The translations under genes and the position numbers were made by a program. From assembly GCA_965116905.1 (NCBI GenBank), contig OZ220732.1:640001-704000 (forward strand): a stretch of DNA of 64,000 nucleotides. The letters run 5' to 3'. The stretch's first letter is position 1. Every line of letters begins with the position of its first letter. This document shows positions 37,771-46,946 of the stretch, in pieces. The stretch is from Longimicrobiales bacterium (lineage in GTDB: Bacteria; Gemmatimonadota; Gemmatimonadetes; Longimicrobiales; Gaopeijiaceae). Below the pieces are notes generated by a model that saw only the letters and a list, made by a program, of their open reading frames with translations, was not told the origin of the DNA and made no database searches.

Positions 37771-37789
37771 ATTGGACAAGGAGGACATC

Positions 37790-38110
37790 ATGGCCAAGTA
37801 CATGTTTCGAACCAGCTACACGCAATCCGGTCTCAAGGGACTGCTCGCGGAGGGCGGCAGCGGCCGGGAGGCGGCGCTGCGTGCCACGGTCGAGAGCGCG
37901 GGCGGCACGCTGGAGGGGTTCTACTACGCCTTCGGCGACTGCGACCTCTTTCTGATCGCCGATCTTCCGGACGAGGCCGCGGCCACGGCGCTTTCCCTGA
38001 ACATCGCCGCCGCGGGTGCCCTCACCGTATCCGTGACCGTGCTGCTCACCGCCGAAGACATCGACAACGCGGTCGCCAAGTCCGTCTCGTACCGCTTGCC
38101 GGGCGCCTGA
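37790..38110 (+). CDS. GYD-domain protein
   Basis: AAGGAGG RBS; YTQSGLKGL, VESAGG, FYYAFGDCD, TVLLTAED. Confidence 0.85.
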   Translation: MAKYMFRTSYTQSGLKGLLAEGGSGREAALRATVESAGGTLEGFYYAFGDCDLFLIADLPDEAAATALSLNIAAAGALTVSVTVLLTAEDIDNAVAKSVSYRLPGA

Positions 38111-38131
38111 CCTCCAGGGGGCTGCCTGCGC

Positions 38132-38977
38132 CTATCGGGCCAGGCTCTCCCGGATCGCGCGCACCGTGATCGCGGTGCGGTACTCGATCAGCGCCCGGCC
38201 GATCTCGATGGTTCGCTCCACGGGCCCGAGGTCGACCTCGTTGATCGAGTAGAGCCCCGCCTCGATCCGCTGACGCGCGCGAATGCGCTCCGGACCGGTG
38301 GTGGCCACGATCGCGGAGTAGTGGACATCGTCGTGATAGAGGTCGCGCGTCGCTGAGCACACATCGGGCTGCTGGAAGATCTGCAGCTCTTCCTTCAGGA
38401 ACTCGCAGCTCCAGATGTCCTCGCGGTAGTACTCCTCGATGTAGTGGGCCCGCGCCGCACCGCTCCAGTATTCGTTGAGCCTGTCCGCGGTCACGGACAT
38501 CCCGTTCTGGTTGCCCCCGCTGTCCCCGATGAAGACGACATCGGTGAAGCCCTGGCTCTTGAGGCTGTTGGCCACGTCCTCGAGCACCATGCGGAAGGTC
38601 TCCTGGCGGACGCTCAGGGTGCCGGGGTAGCGGATGTTCTCGGGGTCCCCCTCGGGCACGTACTTCATGACCGGCGCGCACAGCGCGTTGCCCAGTTCGC
38701 GTGCAATCGCGTCGCACATCGCCTCGAGGACGTAGTTGTGCTTCCCGCCCGCCATGTAGGGACCGTTCTGCTCGACTCCGCCGGTCGCGATGATCCCCGT
38801 CGTCCTGCCCGCGGCGATCTCGTCCCGCACCTCCATCCACGTCAACTCGTCGATCCAGATCGAATTGATGCCCTCGATGGGGCGGGGAGCGGTCATCATG
38901 GCATCCTGTCCCGCTGCCGGGACAACGGGGAGGAGCATCAGCGCGAAGGCTCCCGGTATCGATTTCGTCGCTCTCAC
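38132..38977 (-). CDS. Secreted creatininase-family protein (single domain)
   Basis: WIDELTWMEVRD, GGVEQNGPYMAGGKHN, PGTLSV, IGDSGGNQ, HDDVHY. Confidence 0.85.
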   Translation of the reverse strand: MRATKSIPGAFALMLLPVVPAAGQDAMMTAPRPIEGINSIWIDELTWMEVRDEIAAGRTTGIIATGGVEQNGPYMAGGKHNYVLEAMCDAIARELGNALCAPVMKYVPEGDPENIRYPGTLSVRQETFRMVLEDVANSLKSQGFTDVVFIGDSGGNQNGMSVTADRLNEYWSGAARAHYIEEYYREDIWSCEFLKEELQIFQQPDVCSATRDLYHDDVHYSAIVATTGPERIRARQRIEAGLYSINEVDLGPVERTIEIGRALIEYRTAITVRAIRESLAR

Positions 38978-38990
38978 TTCCTCACTCCTT

Positions 38991-39034
38991 GATGGCAATG
39001 ACATCACAGCATAGTATACGATGGCATTGCCATC
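38991..39034. promoter_or_regulatory. Two palindromic operators upstream of the FitA/VapC pair
   Basis: GATGGCAATGACATC (38991) and perfect GATGGCATTGCCATC (39020). Confidence 0.75.
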
Positions 39035-39058
39035 ACAATACAGGGACAATGGACAACC

Positions 39059-39295
39059 ATGGGTCAACTCGCCGTCCGCAAGCTATCACGTCAGGTCATC
39101 GACCGCCTCAAGCAGCGGGCCGCGGCCAACGGCCGGTCCGCCGAAGCGGAACACCGCGAGATTCTGCGAAAGGCCCTGCTTCCGGCAGAGGGTGAGTTTG
39201 CCGAGCGGGCACGGGCCATGCGGCAGCGGCTGGCGTCGTCCATCGACAGCACCGCGACCATTCGGGCCGACCGCGAGCGGGGCCTCTATTCATGA
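39059..39295 (+). CDS. FitA-like ribbon-helix-helix antitoxin
   Basis: QLAVRKL...LKQRAAANGRSAEAEHREIL; ATGA overlap with the PIN gene. Confidence 0.88.
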   Translation: MGQLAVRKLSRQVIDRLKQRAAANGRSAEAEHREILRKALLPAEGEFAERARAMRQRLASSIDSTATIRADRERGLYS

Positions 39296-39717
39296 GGGGC
39301 TACGTGGTCGATGCCAGCGTGGCCGTGAAATGGCTGATCGCCGAACCGCTCTCGGACGAGTCGGCAAAGCTCCTCGACGCGGACGTTACGCTCCTGGCGC
39401 CCGACCTGCTCTTTGCAGAGGCCACAAGCGCGCTGGCCGCCAAGCACCGGCACGGCGAGCTGGACCCGGAGCAGTTCGCGGACGCGGTGGACCTGCTGCG
39501 GACCGCCCCGGTGGCCACGCCCCTTTCCATGCGCCGGCTGGCGGCGTCCAGCGCTCGCCTGGCGCGAGACCTGGGGCACCCCGTCTACGATTGCGTCTAT
39601 CTTGCGCTGGCGATCCACGAGAACCACCCGGTGGTGACCGCGGACACGCGCTTCCATGACAAGGTGCGCAGGCATCCCTATCTGGCCGACCGGGTGGTTC
39701 ACGTCGCCGACCTCTGA
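39292..39717 (+). CDS. vapC: VapC-family PIN toxin
   Basis: VVDASVAVKW, APDLLFAE, VYDCVYLALA, VTAD. Confidence 0.9.
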   Translation: MRGYVVDASVAVKWLIAEPLSDESAKLLDADVTLLAPDLLFAEATSALAAKHRHGELDPEQFADAVDLLRTAPVATPLSMRRLAASSARLARDLGHPVYDCVYLALAIHENHPVVTADTRFHDKVRRHPYLADRVVHVADL

Positions 39718-39761
39718 CCGCGTGGCGTGGCGCCGGACCGCGTGGCGTCGCGCTGGACCGC
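39716..39761. repeat. 20-bp tandem repeat (2.3 units) at the vapC 3' end
   Basis: GACCGCGTGGCGT(G/C)GCGC(C/T)G units. Confidence 0.8.
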
Positions 39762-39767
39762 CCTGCG

Positions 39768-40784
39768 TCAGCGCTGAGGGTCGTACAGGCGGATGACCTC
39801 GGCAACGGTCATGTCGCCCACCTGGCGTGCCAGTCCGGCCTCCCGCACCGAGGCGATCGCTTCCTCGAAGCGGCGCTTTTCGCTATCCGGCAGATCGATG
39901 AACTCCACGCCGGCCTCCCTCGCCATCTGCAGCCCCTCGGCACCGGCGCGCGCATAGGAAACGGCCCCGGCCAGCGACAGGGACACGTCGGCGGCTTCGT
40001 CGATCCAGCCCCGTTCCTCGACGGAGAGGGCGTCGTACACACCCTGATTCATCAGCAGAACGAAGGGCAGCCCGGACAGGGGGAGCCAGGTTGTCAGGTA
40101 GCCGGTGGGCTCGTGAAGCTGGAACGCGACGATCCCCGAGGGGGACACGGCCACACCGTCGATGACCCCCGTGGACAGACTCTGGTGGACCACCGTACCC
40201 GGCTGCATGACCGCGCTGGCTCCGAGTGCCTCGATGAACGGAATGGCGCTCCGCGTGGAGACCCGGATCTTGAGCCCGCGCATGTCTTCGAGCGTCCGCA
40301 CCGGTTTGTCACGGGTAAGCAGCACGGGGGCCTCGTTGGCCCACAGCCCCAGCACCTTCGCCTCGTACTCGGGCTCCAGAACCGACAACGCGCGCCGCAG
40401 GGCCTCGGTGCACCCCGCCGCGGTCTTGCAGATCCCCGGATAGGCGATCAGGTCGGTCTTCGGAAAGACGTCGGCGGTGTACGCGGGGATTACAAGGGCG
40501 ATATCGGCCACGCCACCGAGCAGGATCGAGTACTGCGCCGACGCCGACGAGTTCAGGGCTCCGGCGGGAAACTGCCGCACGGTCAGTCTGCCGCCCGAGA
40601 GCTCTTCAAGCTTCTGCGACAAGGGTGTGAACATGCCTTCGGTCAGGACATGGTCTGCCGGCAGGAAGTGCGCCAGGGACAGCTCGCGGGTGTCGGACGG
40701 CGGCCCGCACCCGGCCGCAAGCGGCAAGCCGGCCGCCAGCGCGAGGAGTCCGTGGATGGAGCGGCGCGCCACCTCAGGACCCAC
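39768..40784 (-). CDS. dctP: TRAP transporter substrate-binding lipoprotein
   Basis: LAAGC lipobox, GVADIA, KPVRTLEDMRGLKIR, LSTGVIDG. Confidence 0.9.
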   Translation of the reverse strand: MGPEVARRSIHGLLALAAGLPLAAGCGPPSDTRELSLAHFLPADHVLTEGMFTPLSQKLEELSGGRLTVRQFPAGALNSSASAQYSILLGGVADIALVIPAYTADVFPKTDLIAYPGICKTAAGCTEALRRALSVLEPEYEAKVLGLWANEAPVLLTRDKPVRTLEDMRGLKIRVSTRSAIPFIEALGASAVMQPGTVVHQSLSTGVIDGVAVSPSGIVAFQLHEPTGYLTTWLPLSGLPFVLLMNQGVYDALSVEERGWIDEAADVSLSLAGAVSYARAGAEGLQMAREAGVEFIDLPDSEKRRFEEAIASVREAGLARQVGDMTVAEVIRLYDPQR

Positions 40785-42534
40785 CCGGGTCAGCCGCGGA
40801 AACGCGCAGAGTCAGGATGTCCATGTCGTGAAACTGTTGGTGGCGGACCGATGACGCGAGGTGTCGGAGCAGCCGGAGCGAGATCTCGTGCTCCACGCGG
40901 GCGGCCCTGGTCTGCTCCCTGAGCCACTCCAGGCGGTCCTGAAGATTGAGTTCGTCGCTCCCCGCGGCCCCTACCCTGAATTCCAGCACGGCCTCGCCGT
41001 CCTCCACATGTGCGGTCAGCAGCAATTCCGATCGCCTGTCCCCGGGCGTCCCCTCCGCTCCCTCCACCTCCTCCGTTTCCTCGCGCGACTGCAGAAGCGT
41101 GAGCAGCGTCTCCTCGCTCGCCGCCTCCAGCCGCCCCAGGACCCCTTCCAGACCGTTGCGGACGGCAAACGCCTGGATGAACTCCCGGATACGGGGCAGC
41201 TCCGCCACGTCGAGCTTACCCCTGAGCTGGCCTTTCCTCCGTACCGTCAGCGCCGTGAGCAGCAGCGCCAACAGGCCCCCCGTGGTCACCCCGTTGCTGA
41301 ACACACCGCCCGCGAATTCCGCGAAAAAAGCCGGGAAGATCATGTCGAGCTCCAACGCGACACCAGCCCAGAACGAGACGCCCGCGATGAGGCCGTTGCG
41401 AGGGTTCGTACCCATGCTTCTCACGACCTCGCGCATCCCGACCGTGAACAGCATGGCCATGACCACGGCAATGGACGCGGCCACGACGGCGTCCGGAATG
41501 GCGAGAACGGCTGCGAGCCCCTTCGGAAGAAGGGCCAGGAGCACGAAGGCCAGCCCGGCTGCGGCCCCGACGGTCCGCGACGCAACACCGGTAACCTCGA
41601 CGGCGGCCACACAGTTGGCGTTAGGCGTGTTGGGCATCGTCCCCGCCACACCCGCCAGCAGGTTCCCCGCGCCCTCCGCGGCTACCGAGCGCTGCACCGC
41701 TCGAAAATCGACCGCCCGGGACCGGCGCCACGCCACGCGCTGGGCCGCTACCACGACGGCGACCGACTTGGTCGATCCGACCAGCGCCACGAACAGGAAC
41801 GCCGGGAGCAGTGCCCAGAAGGCAGGCCCGAAGTCGAGATCCAGTCCTGGCAGGCGGCCGGCCGGGATGCCGATCCACGCGGCATCGGCGACGCGCCCGG
41901 TGTCGTAGATCCCGAAGTACCCACCGACAAGCGAACCGGCCACGAGGCCGGCAGCCGGTGCCCACAGACGCAACGGTCCTCTGGCCTTGAGGGCGACCCC
42001 CACGATGACGGAGATCGTGACGCCGGCGCTCACCGGCCCGGCAAACGGGGGAGCTCCCGGCGGCAGGTCGTGCAGCATGCCGAAGAGGTGCGGCATCACC
42101 GTCACGGGAAGCAGCATCACCACCGTCCCCGTGACGATGGGCGTGAGAAGCCGGTGCAGCAGGGACAGCCGCACGGACAAGGCCGCCTGAGCCAGCGCCG
42201 AGATGACGACCAGGGTGGCGAGCAGCCCCGGTCCTCCCTGGATCAAGGCCTCCACGCAGACCGAGATGAAGATTGCCGAACTGACGTGCGTCACGGCGTA
42301 GCCCGAACCGATCCGTCCCAACCGCACGGCCTGCAGAAGCGTGGCCACTCCGCATGCCAGGACGGAGGCGAACACTGCCCAGAGCACGATCTCCCCGGCG
42401 CCGGCCGCACGAAACACGATCGTCGGCATCAACACCGCCCCGTTGATGCCCAGGGCCGCGAGCTGCAGACCGAGACCTACGGTGACCGGCCCCGAAAGCC
42501 GGTCGTCGACTTCATGGCTCAGTACTTCCTTCAT
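40774..42534 (-). CDS. NCS2 (xanthine/uracil) permease fused to a C-terminal RsbW/HATPase_c_2-like domain
   Basis: LQAVRLGRIGSG, TPIVTGTV, EGAGNLLAG, TGVASR, PKGLAAVLAIP; then a soluble tail of about 150 aa (RIREFI...AASEE...SLRLLRHLASSV...LTLRV). Confidence 0.8.
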   Translation of the reverse strand: MKEVLSHEVDDRLSGPVTVGLGLQLAALGINGAVLMPTIVFRAAGAGEIVLWAVFASVLACGVATLLQAVRLGRIGSGYAVTHVSSAIFISVCVEALIQGGPGLLATLVVISALAQAALSVRLSLLHRLLTPIVTGTVVMLLPVTVMPHLFGMLHDLPPGAPPFAGPVSAGVTISVIVGVALKARGPLRLWAPAAGLVAGSLVGGYFGIYDTGRVADAAWIGIPAGRLPGLDLDFGPAFWALLPAFLFVALVGSTKSVAVVVAAQRVAWRRSRAVDFRAVQRSVAAEGAGNLLAGVAGTMPNTPNANCVAAVEVTGVASRTVGAAAGLAFVLLALLPKGLAAVLAIPDAVVAASIAVVMAMLFTVGMREVVRSMGTNPRNGLIAGVSFWAGVALELDMIFPAFFAEFAGGVFSNGVTTGGLLALLLTALTVRRKGQLRGKLDVAELPRIREFIQAFAVRNGLEGVLGRLEAASEETLLTLLQSREETEEVEGAEGTPGDRRSELLLTAHVEDGEAVLEFRVGAAGSDELNLQDRLEWLREQTRAARVEHEISLRLLRHLASSVRHQQFHDMDILTLRVSAADPGGS

Positions 42535-43838
42535 CCGTACATGGCGTTCGGCAGTAACGTGGCAACGCGCGGAAACAGCGCGAGCAGAATCAGCGCCGCG
42601 AGCATCGCGATCCAGAAGGGTATGATGCCGCGGAACATCCTGTACACCGGCACGTCGGGAGCCACCCCCTTCACGACGAAGATGTTCAACCCGACCGGAG
42701 GCGAGATCAGGCCCATCTCGAGGGTGATGACGATCATCACGCCGAACCAGATCATGTCGACACCCAGCGACTCGAGGATCGGCTGGACCAGGGGAACGGT
42801 CAGCACCAGCATCGCGAATCCGTCGAGAAATGTGCCGAGCACGATGAACATGACCAGCACCAGCATGACCACCTGAGCACCCGAAAACCCCTGTTCGGCC
42901 ACCCACTCGGAAGCAGCGAACGCGACCCCGGTCAGTCCGAGGAACACCTTGAACACGAAGGCGCCGAACAGCACCAGAAAGGCGGTGCCGCTCGCCTTCA
43001 GCGTAGCCCTGACCACCTCGGGCACGGTCTTCCGGTTCAGAGCCCGCCGCACGCACGCCGCGACCAGCGTCAGCAGCGCCCCCACCCCCGCCGCCTCGAT
43101 CGCCGAGAAGACGCCGGCGTAGATGCCGCCGATGGTCACCACCACGATGCCCATTATCCACGCCGCCCTCGCGGTGGCGCCGAGCCGGTCGCCCCACGGC
43201 ACGGGCTGACTGGCGTGCGGCGCCTTGGCCGGGTCGCGTCTGACGACGATCCAGACGGCCAGGACGAACAGCAGCGTGAGCAGGATCCCCGGGATCACCC
43301 CGGCCATGAACAGGCGTCCGATGCTCTCTTCGGTGATGATCCCGTAGATGACCAGTCCCGCGGACGGCGGGATCAGAAAGCCGAGCGTGCCGCCGGCGGC
43401 GATGACGCCCGTCGCCAGGGAATCGTCGTACCCGAATCGCCGCATCTCGGGAAGGGACACGCGGCCCATCGTCAGCGCGGCGGCCAGCGACGAGCCCGAC
43501 AGCGCCGAGAATCCGGCACAGGCGACGATCGACGCGGACGCAAGGCTGCCGCGGACCCGGCCGAGCCAGGCGTGGGCCGCGCGGTACAGGTCGTGGCTCA
43601 TCCCGGACACCACGGCGAGGTTGCCCATCAGCATGAACAGCGGCAGGATGGTGAGCGAGTACCGGGAGGCCACCGCGAAGACCTCCCCGGCCACCACGGG
43701 CACGATCGCCCCGGGACGAATCAGCGCAATTCCGGCCACGCCCGCGACCAGCATCGCCAGCCCCGCGGGCATGCGGATCAGAAGCAGCGCGAGGAGGGCC
43801 AGGAAGCCCAGCAGCGCGACTCCGGTGCCGTCCATCAT
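42531..43838 (-). CDS. dctM: TRAP transporter large permease
   Basis: LPLFMLMG, SGSSLA, GTLGFLIPPS, SIGRLFMAGVIPG, GLISPPVGLN. Confidence 0.95.
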   Translation of the reverse strand: MMDGTGVALLGFLALLALLLIRMPAGLAMLVAGVAGIALIRPGAIVPVVAGEVFAVASRYSLTILPLFMLMGNLAVVSGMSHDLYRAAHAWLGRVRGSLASASIVACAGFSALSGSSLAAALTMGRVSLPEMRRFGYDDSLATGVIAAGGTLGFLIPPSAGLVIYGIITEESIGRLFMAGVIPGILLTLLFVLAVWIVVRRDPAKAPHASQPVPWGDRLGATARAAWIMGIVVVTIGGIYAGVFSAIEAAGVGALLTLVAACVRRALNRKTVPEVVRATLKASGTAFLVLFGAFVFKVFLGLTGVAFAASEWVAEQGFSGAQVVMLVLVMFIVLGTFLDGFAMLVLTVPLVQPILESLGVDMIWFGVMIVITLEMGLISPPVGLNIFVVKGVAPDVPVYRMFRGIIPFWIAMLAALILLALFPRVATLLPNAMYG

Positions 43839-44389
43839 TCGACCGGCTCGTTGGGGTCTTCGGCGTTCCACACCGCCAGCCCCAGCAGCAGCTGCGATCC
43901 GAGCAGCAGTCCGTACGCGGCCATCGACATGCCGAGCGCGTAGTAGAACGGCGTGTGCGGGATCGAAACGCTGCCGGTCACGGCGCCGCAGGGCAGACCG
44001 CAGCCGCCGTGGACGAACAGCGCGTACGCGGCCACCCCGGCCACCGCCACGCCAAGGAGCCTGGCGACCGCGTCGGTCAGCCGGGTGACGCGCCGGCCCG
44101 CAAACCGCCCGATCAGATTGACGCAGACATGAGACCCCTCACGGGCGCCGTACGCGACCGCCGCCGCGACCACCACCGCGAGCGACATCGTCGAGACGTC
44201 CTCGGCCCAGAGCAGCGAATCGTTCAGGACGTAGCGCCAGAAGACCTCGGCCACGGTGACTCCGAGCAGCACCACGAGCGCCGCACCACCCACGACCGTG
44301 AACGCCTCCGCCGGGCGGCGGCAGAACGCTTCGGCCCGCGCGAAGCGGTCCCGGTGCCTCTCGAAAAAGGTCATCGGGCCCGGGCTCAT
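43835..44389 (-). CDS. dctQ: TRAP transporter small permease
   Basis: EVFWRYVLNDSLLWAED, GSHVCVN; four TM segments; coupled to dctM. Confidence 0.9.
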   Translation of the reverse strand: MSPGPMTFFERHRDRFARAEAFCRRPAEAFTVVGGAALVVLLGVTVAEVFWRYVLNDSLLWAEDVSTMSLAVVVAAAVAYGAREGSHVCVNLIGRFAGRRVTRLTDAVARLLGVAVAGVAAYALFVHGGCGLPCGAVTGSVSIPHTPFYYALGMSMAAYGLLLGSQLLLGLAVWNAEDPNEPVE

Positions 44390-44403
44390 CCTGTCCGGGC
44401 GCC

Positions 44404-45387
44404 CTACTCCGGGCGCGAACGAATTCCCGTCAACTCCTCGCTCAGCCGCCGCAGCCTGGCCCGCGCGTCCGGGTCGTAGGCCTGGGCGTTCGCCCGCCTC
44501 GGGTTCAGGCCGCTGAAGTACTGCCCGCTCTCGAAGTCGTCCGAGTCGACCACCTGCATGACCGCGTCGGCGCCCTCGGCGATCGTCGAACGCGGCGTCG
44601 CCCCTGCCCGCCGCACCATTTCGGTCGGCATGTACGTCGCCGGATGCAGCGAGCCGACCACGATGCCGGTTCCCGCCAGATCCTCGGCCAGGTCGTGCGT
44701 GAACATGATCTGCGCCAGTTTGCTCTGCGCGTAAGCCCGCCGCCCGCTGAAGTTGTTCTCGATCATCACGTCGTCGAAGTCGATCGGCGTCTGCGCCCCA
44801 GACGACACGTTCACGATGCGCGCCGGCACACTCGCCCGCAGCCGCGGCATCAGCATGTGCGTGAGCAGAAAGGTCGACAGGTAGTTCACCTGGAAGCGGT
44901 ACTCATGCCCGTCCTCGGTGACCCACCGCTCGTCCGGAGCCGAGCCGAACCCCGCGTTGTTGATCAGGATGTCCAGCCGCTCGTAGTCCGCCAGCAGCGT
45001 CTCCGCGAACTCGCGCACCTGGGCCAGCGACGCGAAGTCGGCGCGTTGGAAGCGCGCGCTCCCGGGTCCCGCCGCGTTAATGGCGTCCACCACCTCGGCA
45101 CCGCGCTCGACGTTCCGCCCGTGCACGATCACGTGGTCGCCCCGCGCCCCCAGCCGCATTGCGAGTTCCCTGCCGAGCCCGGAGGTGGCGCCGGTGACCA
45201 GGACCACCTGTTGTCCGGGAGCGGGTTCGGCGGTCGTCTGGGCGTGTGCCGCGCCGGGGATGATGGGTTGGGAGATAAGCAGGGCGGCGGTGGCGATTGC
45301 GGTGGCGAGCCCCGCGCGGGCCGGCAGGCGGGCCGCCGACCGGGCAGCCTGCGTGAAGTTCCGGTTTTCGGATGCTGTGCTGTTCAT
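44404..45387 (-). CDS. SDR-family oxidoreductase with predicted signal peptide
   Basis: TGATSGLG, LINNAG, VNVSS, YAQSK, LHPAT. Confidence 0.92.
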   Translation of the reverse strand: MNSTASENRNFTQAARSAARLPARAGLATAIATAALLISQPIIPGAAHAQTTAEPAPGQQVVLVTGATSGLGRELAMRLGARGDHVIVHGRNVERGAEVVDAINAAGPGSARFQRADFASLAQVREFAETLLADYERLDILINNAGFGSAPDERWVTEDGHEYRFQVNYLSTFLLTHMLMPRLRASVPARIVNVSSGAQTPIDFDDVMIENNFSGRRAYAQSKLAQIMFTHDLAEDLAGTGIVVGSLHPATYMPTEMVRRAGATPRSTIAEGADAVMQVVDSDDFESGQYFSGLNPRRANAQAYDPDARARLRRLSEELTGIRSRPE

Positions 45388-45489
45388 TGCGCGAATTCCC
45401 CCGGCTGATCGATCCCTGATCGGTTGGCAGTACTTTCGACTCGGAAGCTCTGCCGGGCAACCGTGTTCAGAGTATATTTCCGAGTAGTC

Positions 45490-45546
45490 GGCTGCGAGCC
45501 GTGACCGGGGCTGCGAGGCGCGACCGAGGCTGCGAGGCGCGACCGA
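45490..45546. repeat. Three 19-bp tandem units upstream of the Schlafen-like gene
   Basis: GGCTGCGAG(C/G)CG(T/C)GACCG(G/A) at 45490, 45509, 45528. Confidence 0.85.
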
Positions 45547-45562
45547 AGCGAAAAGGGTGGCC

Positions 45563-46924
45563 ATGAATCTCACCGAGGTACTCCGCAGGCCGGAGGGGAA
45601 GACGCTGGAGTTCAAGCGGGACCTGTCGTCGCCGCAGGGATTCGTCCGCACCGTGGCCGCATTCGCGAACACGGCGGGCGGCACCATTCTCGTCGGGGTT
45701 ACCGATCGGAAGAGGGACATCCGCGGCATCGGCGACGCCCTGGACCTCGAGGAGCGGGCCGCAAGCCTGATCAGCGACTCGATTCAGCCCCGGATTCTCC
45801 CCGATCTGGAGATCATCAGCTACCGGAACCGGCAGTTGCTTGCCGTGCGGGTCCATCCCAGCGCCTCGCGGCCCCACTTCGTCAAGCGGGCCGGACTGAG
45901 AAGCGGCACGTATGTCCGCATCGGATCCACCAATCGGCAGGCCGACGCCCAGCTCATCGCCGAGATGCAGAGGTTCGCCATCGGAGAGACCTTCGACGAA
46001 TGGCCGATCCCGGAAGCGAACTCGGAAGCGCTGGACTTCCGAGCGGCTTCCGAGTCCTTCGCACGCGTGCGCAAGCTGACGCGCGGGAACCTGGAAACGC
46101 TCCGCCTGCTGACCCGGCACCAGGGGCGGCTCGTACCCACCGTGGGGGGCATGCTGCTCTTCGGACGCGATCGACTCAACCGTTTTCCCGATGCCTGGAT
46201 CCAGGCCGGGCGCTTCGCCGGAACGGACAAGGCAACCGTGCTCGACCACGTCCGGCTGGACATGCACCCGATCCAGGCTATCGAAGAGGCGGTGGCATTC
46301 GTCGAGAAACACTCCACGCGCGGAGCCGTCATCGGGCGGGTGCGGCGCCGGGACCGCTGGAGCCTGCCCCCCGTGGCGGTGCGCGAGGCGATCGTGAACG
46401 CGGTTGTCCACGCGGACTATTCGCAGCGAGGCGCGCCGATCCGGGTGGCCATCTTCGACGATCGCCTCGAGGTCGAGAACCCCGGTCTCCTTCCCTTCGG
46501 CATCACACTGGACGACCTGCCGCTCGGCATCTCCAAGCTGCGCAACCGGGTCGTCGGGCGCGTGTTCCACGAGCTGGGCCTGGTCGAGCAGTGGGGCAGC
46601 GGGGTCCAGAGGATGATCTCCGCGTGCCACGACGATGGCCTGGCCACGCCGGTGTGGGAGGAAATCGGGTTCCGCCTGCGGGTGACCTTACGCACCGGTC
46701 CGTCGCGGCCGCTCCGGATCGACCCCAGGGACCGGACGATCCTCGATCTGCTGGGGACCGGCGAGGGGCGTGGGACCCGCGAGATCGCCGAGGCGATCGG
46801 TCTCTCGACGCGCTCCACCAGAACCCGACTCGCCAGGCTGGTCGAACGGGGGCTGGTGCGTGAGGCGGGGACCGGGCCGCACGACCCGCGACGCAAGTAC
46901 CTGCTTGCGGTGGATGAGCCCTGA
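45563..46924 (+). CDS. Schlafen/AlbA_2 + HATPase_c_4 (RecG-C-like) + wHTH protein
   Basis: EGKTLEFK, AFANTAGGTILVGV, REAIVNAVVHADY, DRLEVENPG, RNRVV, EQWGSG, C-terminal HTH. Confidence 0.9.
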   Translation: MNLTEVLRRPEGKTLEFKRDLSSPQGFVRTVAAFANTAGGTILVGVTDRKRDIRGIGDALDLEERAASLISDSIQPRILPDLEIISYRNRQLLAVRVHPSASRPHFVKRAGLRSGTYVRIGSTNRQADAQLIAEMQRFAIGETFDEWPIPEANSEALDFRAASESFARVRKLTRGNLETLRLLTRHQGRLVPTVGGMLLFGRDRLNRFPDAWIQAGRFAGTDKATVLDHVRLDMHPIQAIEEAVAFVEKHSTRGAVIGRVRRRDRWSLPPVAVREAIVNAVVHADYSQRGAPIRVAIFDDRLEVENPGLLPFGITLDDLPLGISKLRNRVVGRVFHELGLVEQWGSGVQRMISACHDDGLATPVWEEIGFRLRVTLRTGPSRPLRIDPRDRTILDLLGTGEGRGTREIAEAIGLSTRSTRTRLARLVERGLVREAGTGPHDPRRKYLLAVDEP

Positions 46925-46946
46925 ACGAGAGCGGCACTTCCGTACG

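Noticed and set aside
45490..45546. Possible mini-CRISPR (also 39716-39761 and 8905-8959)
   Set aside because: Units are contiguous or too short, with no unique spacers and no cas genes.
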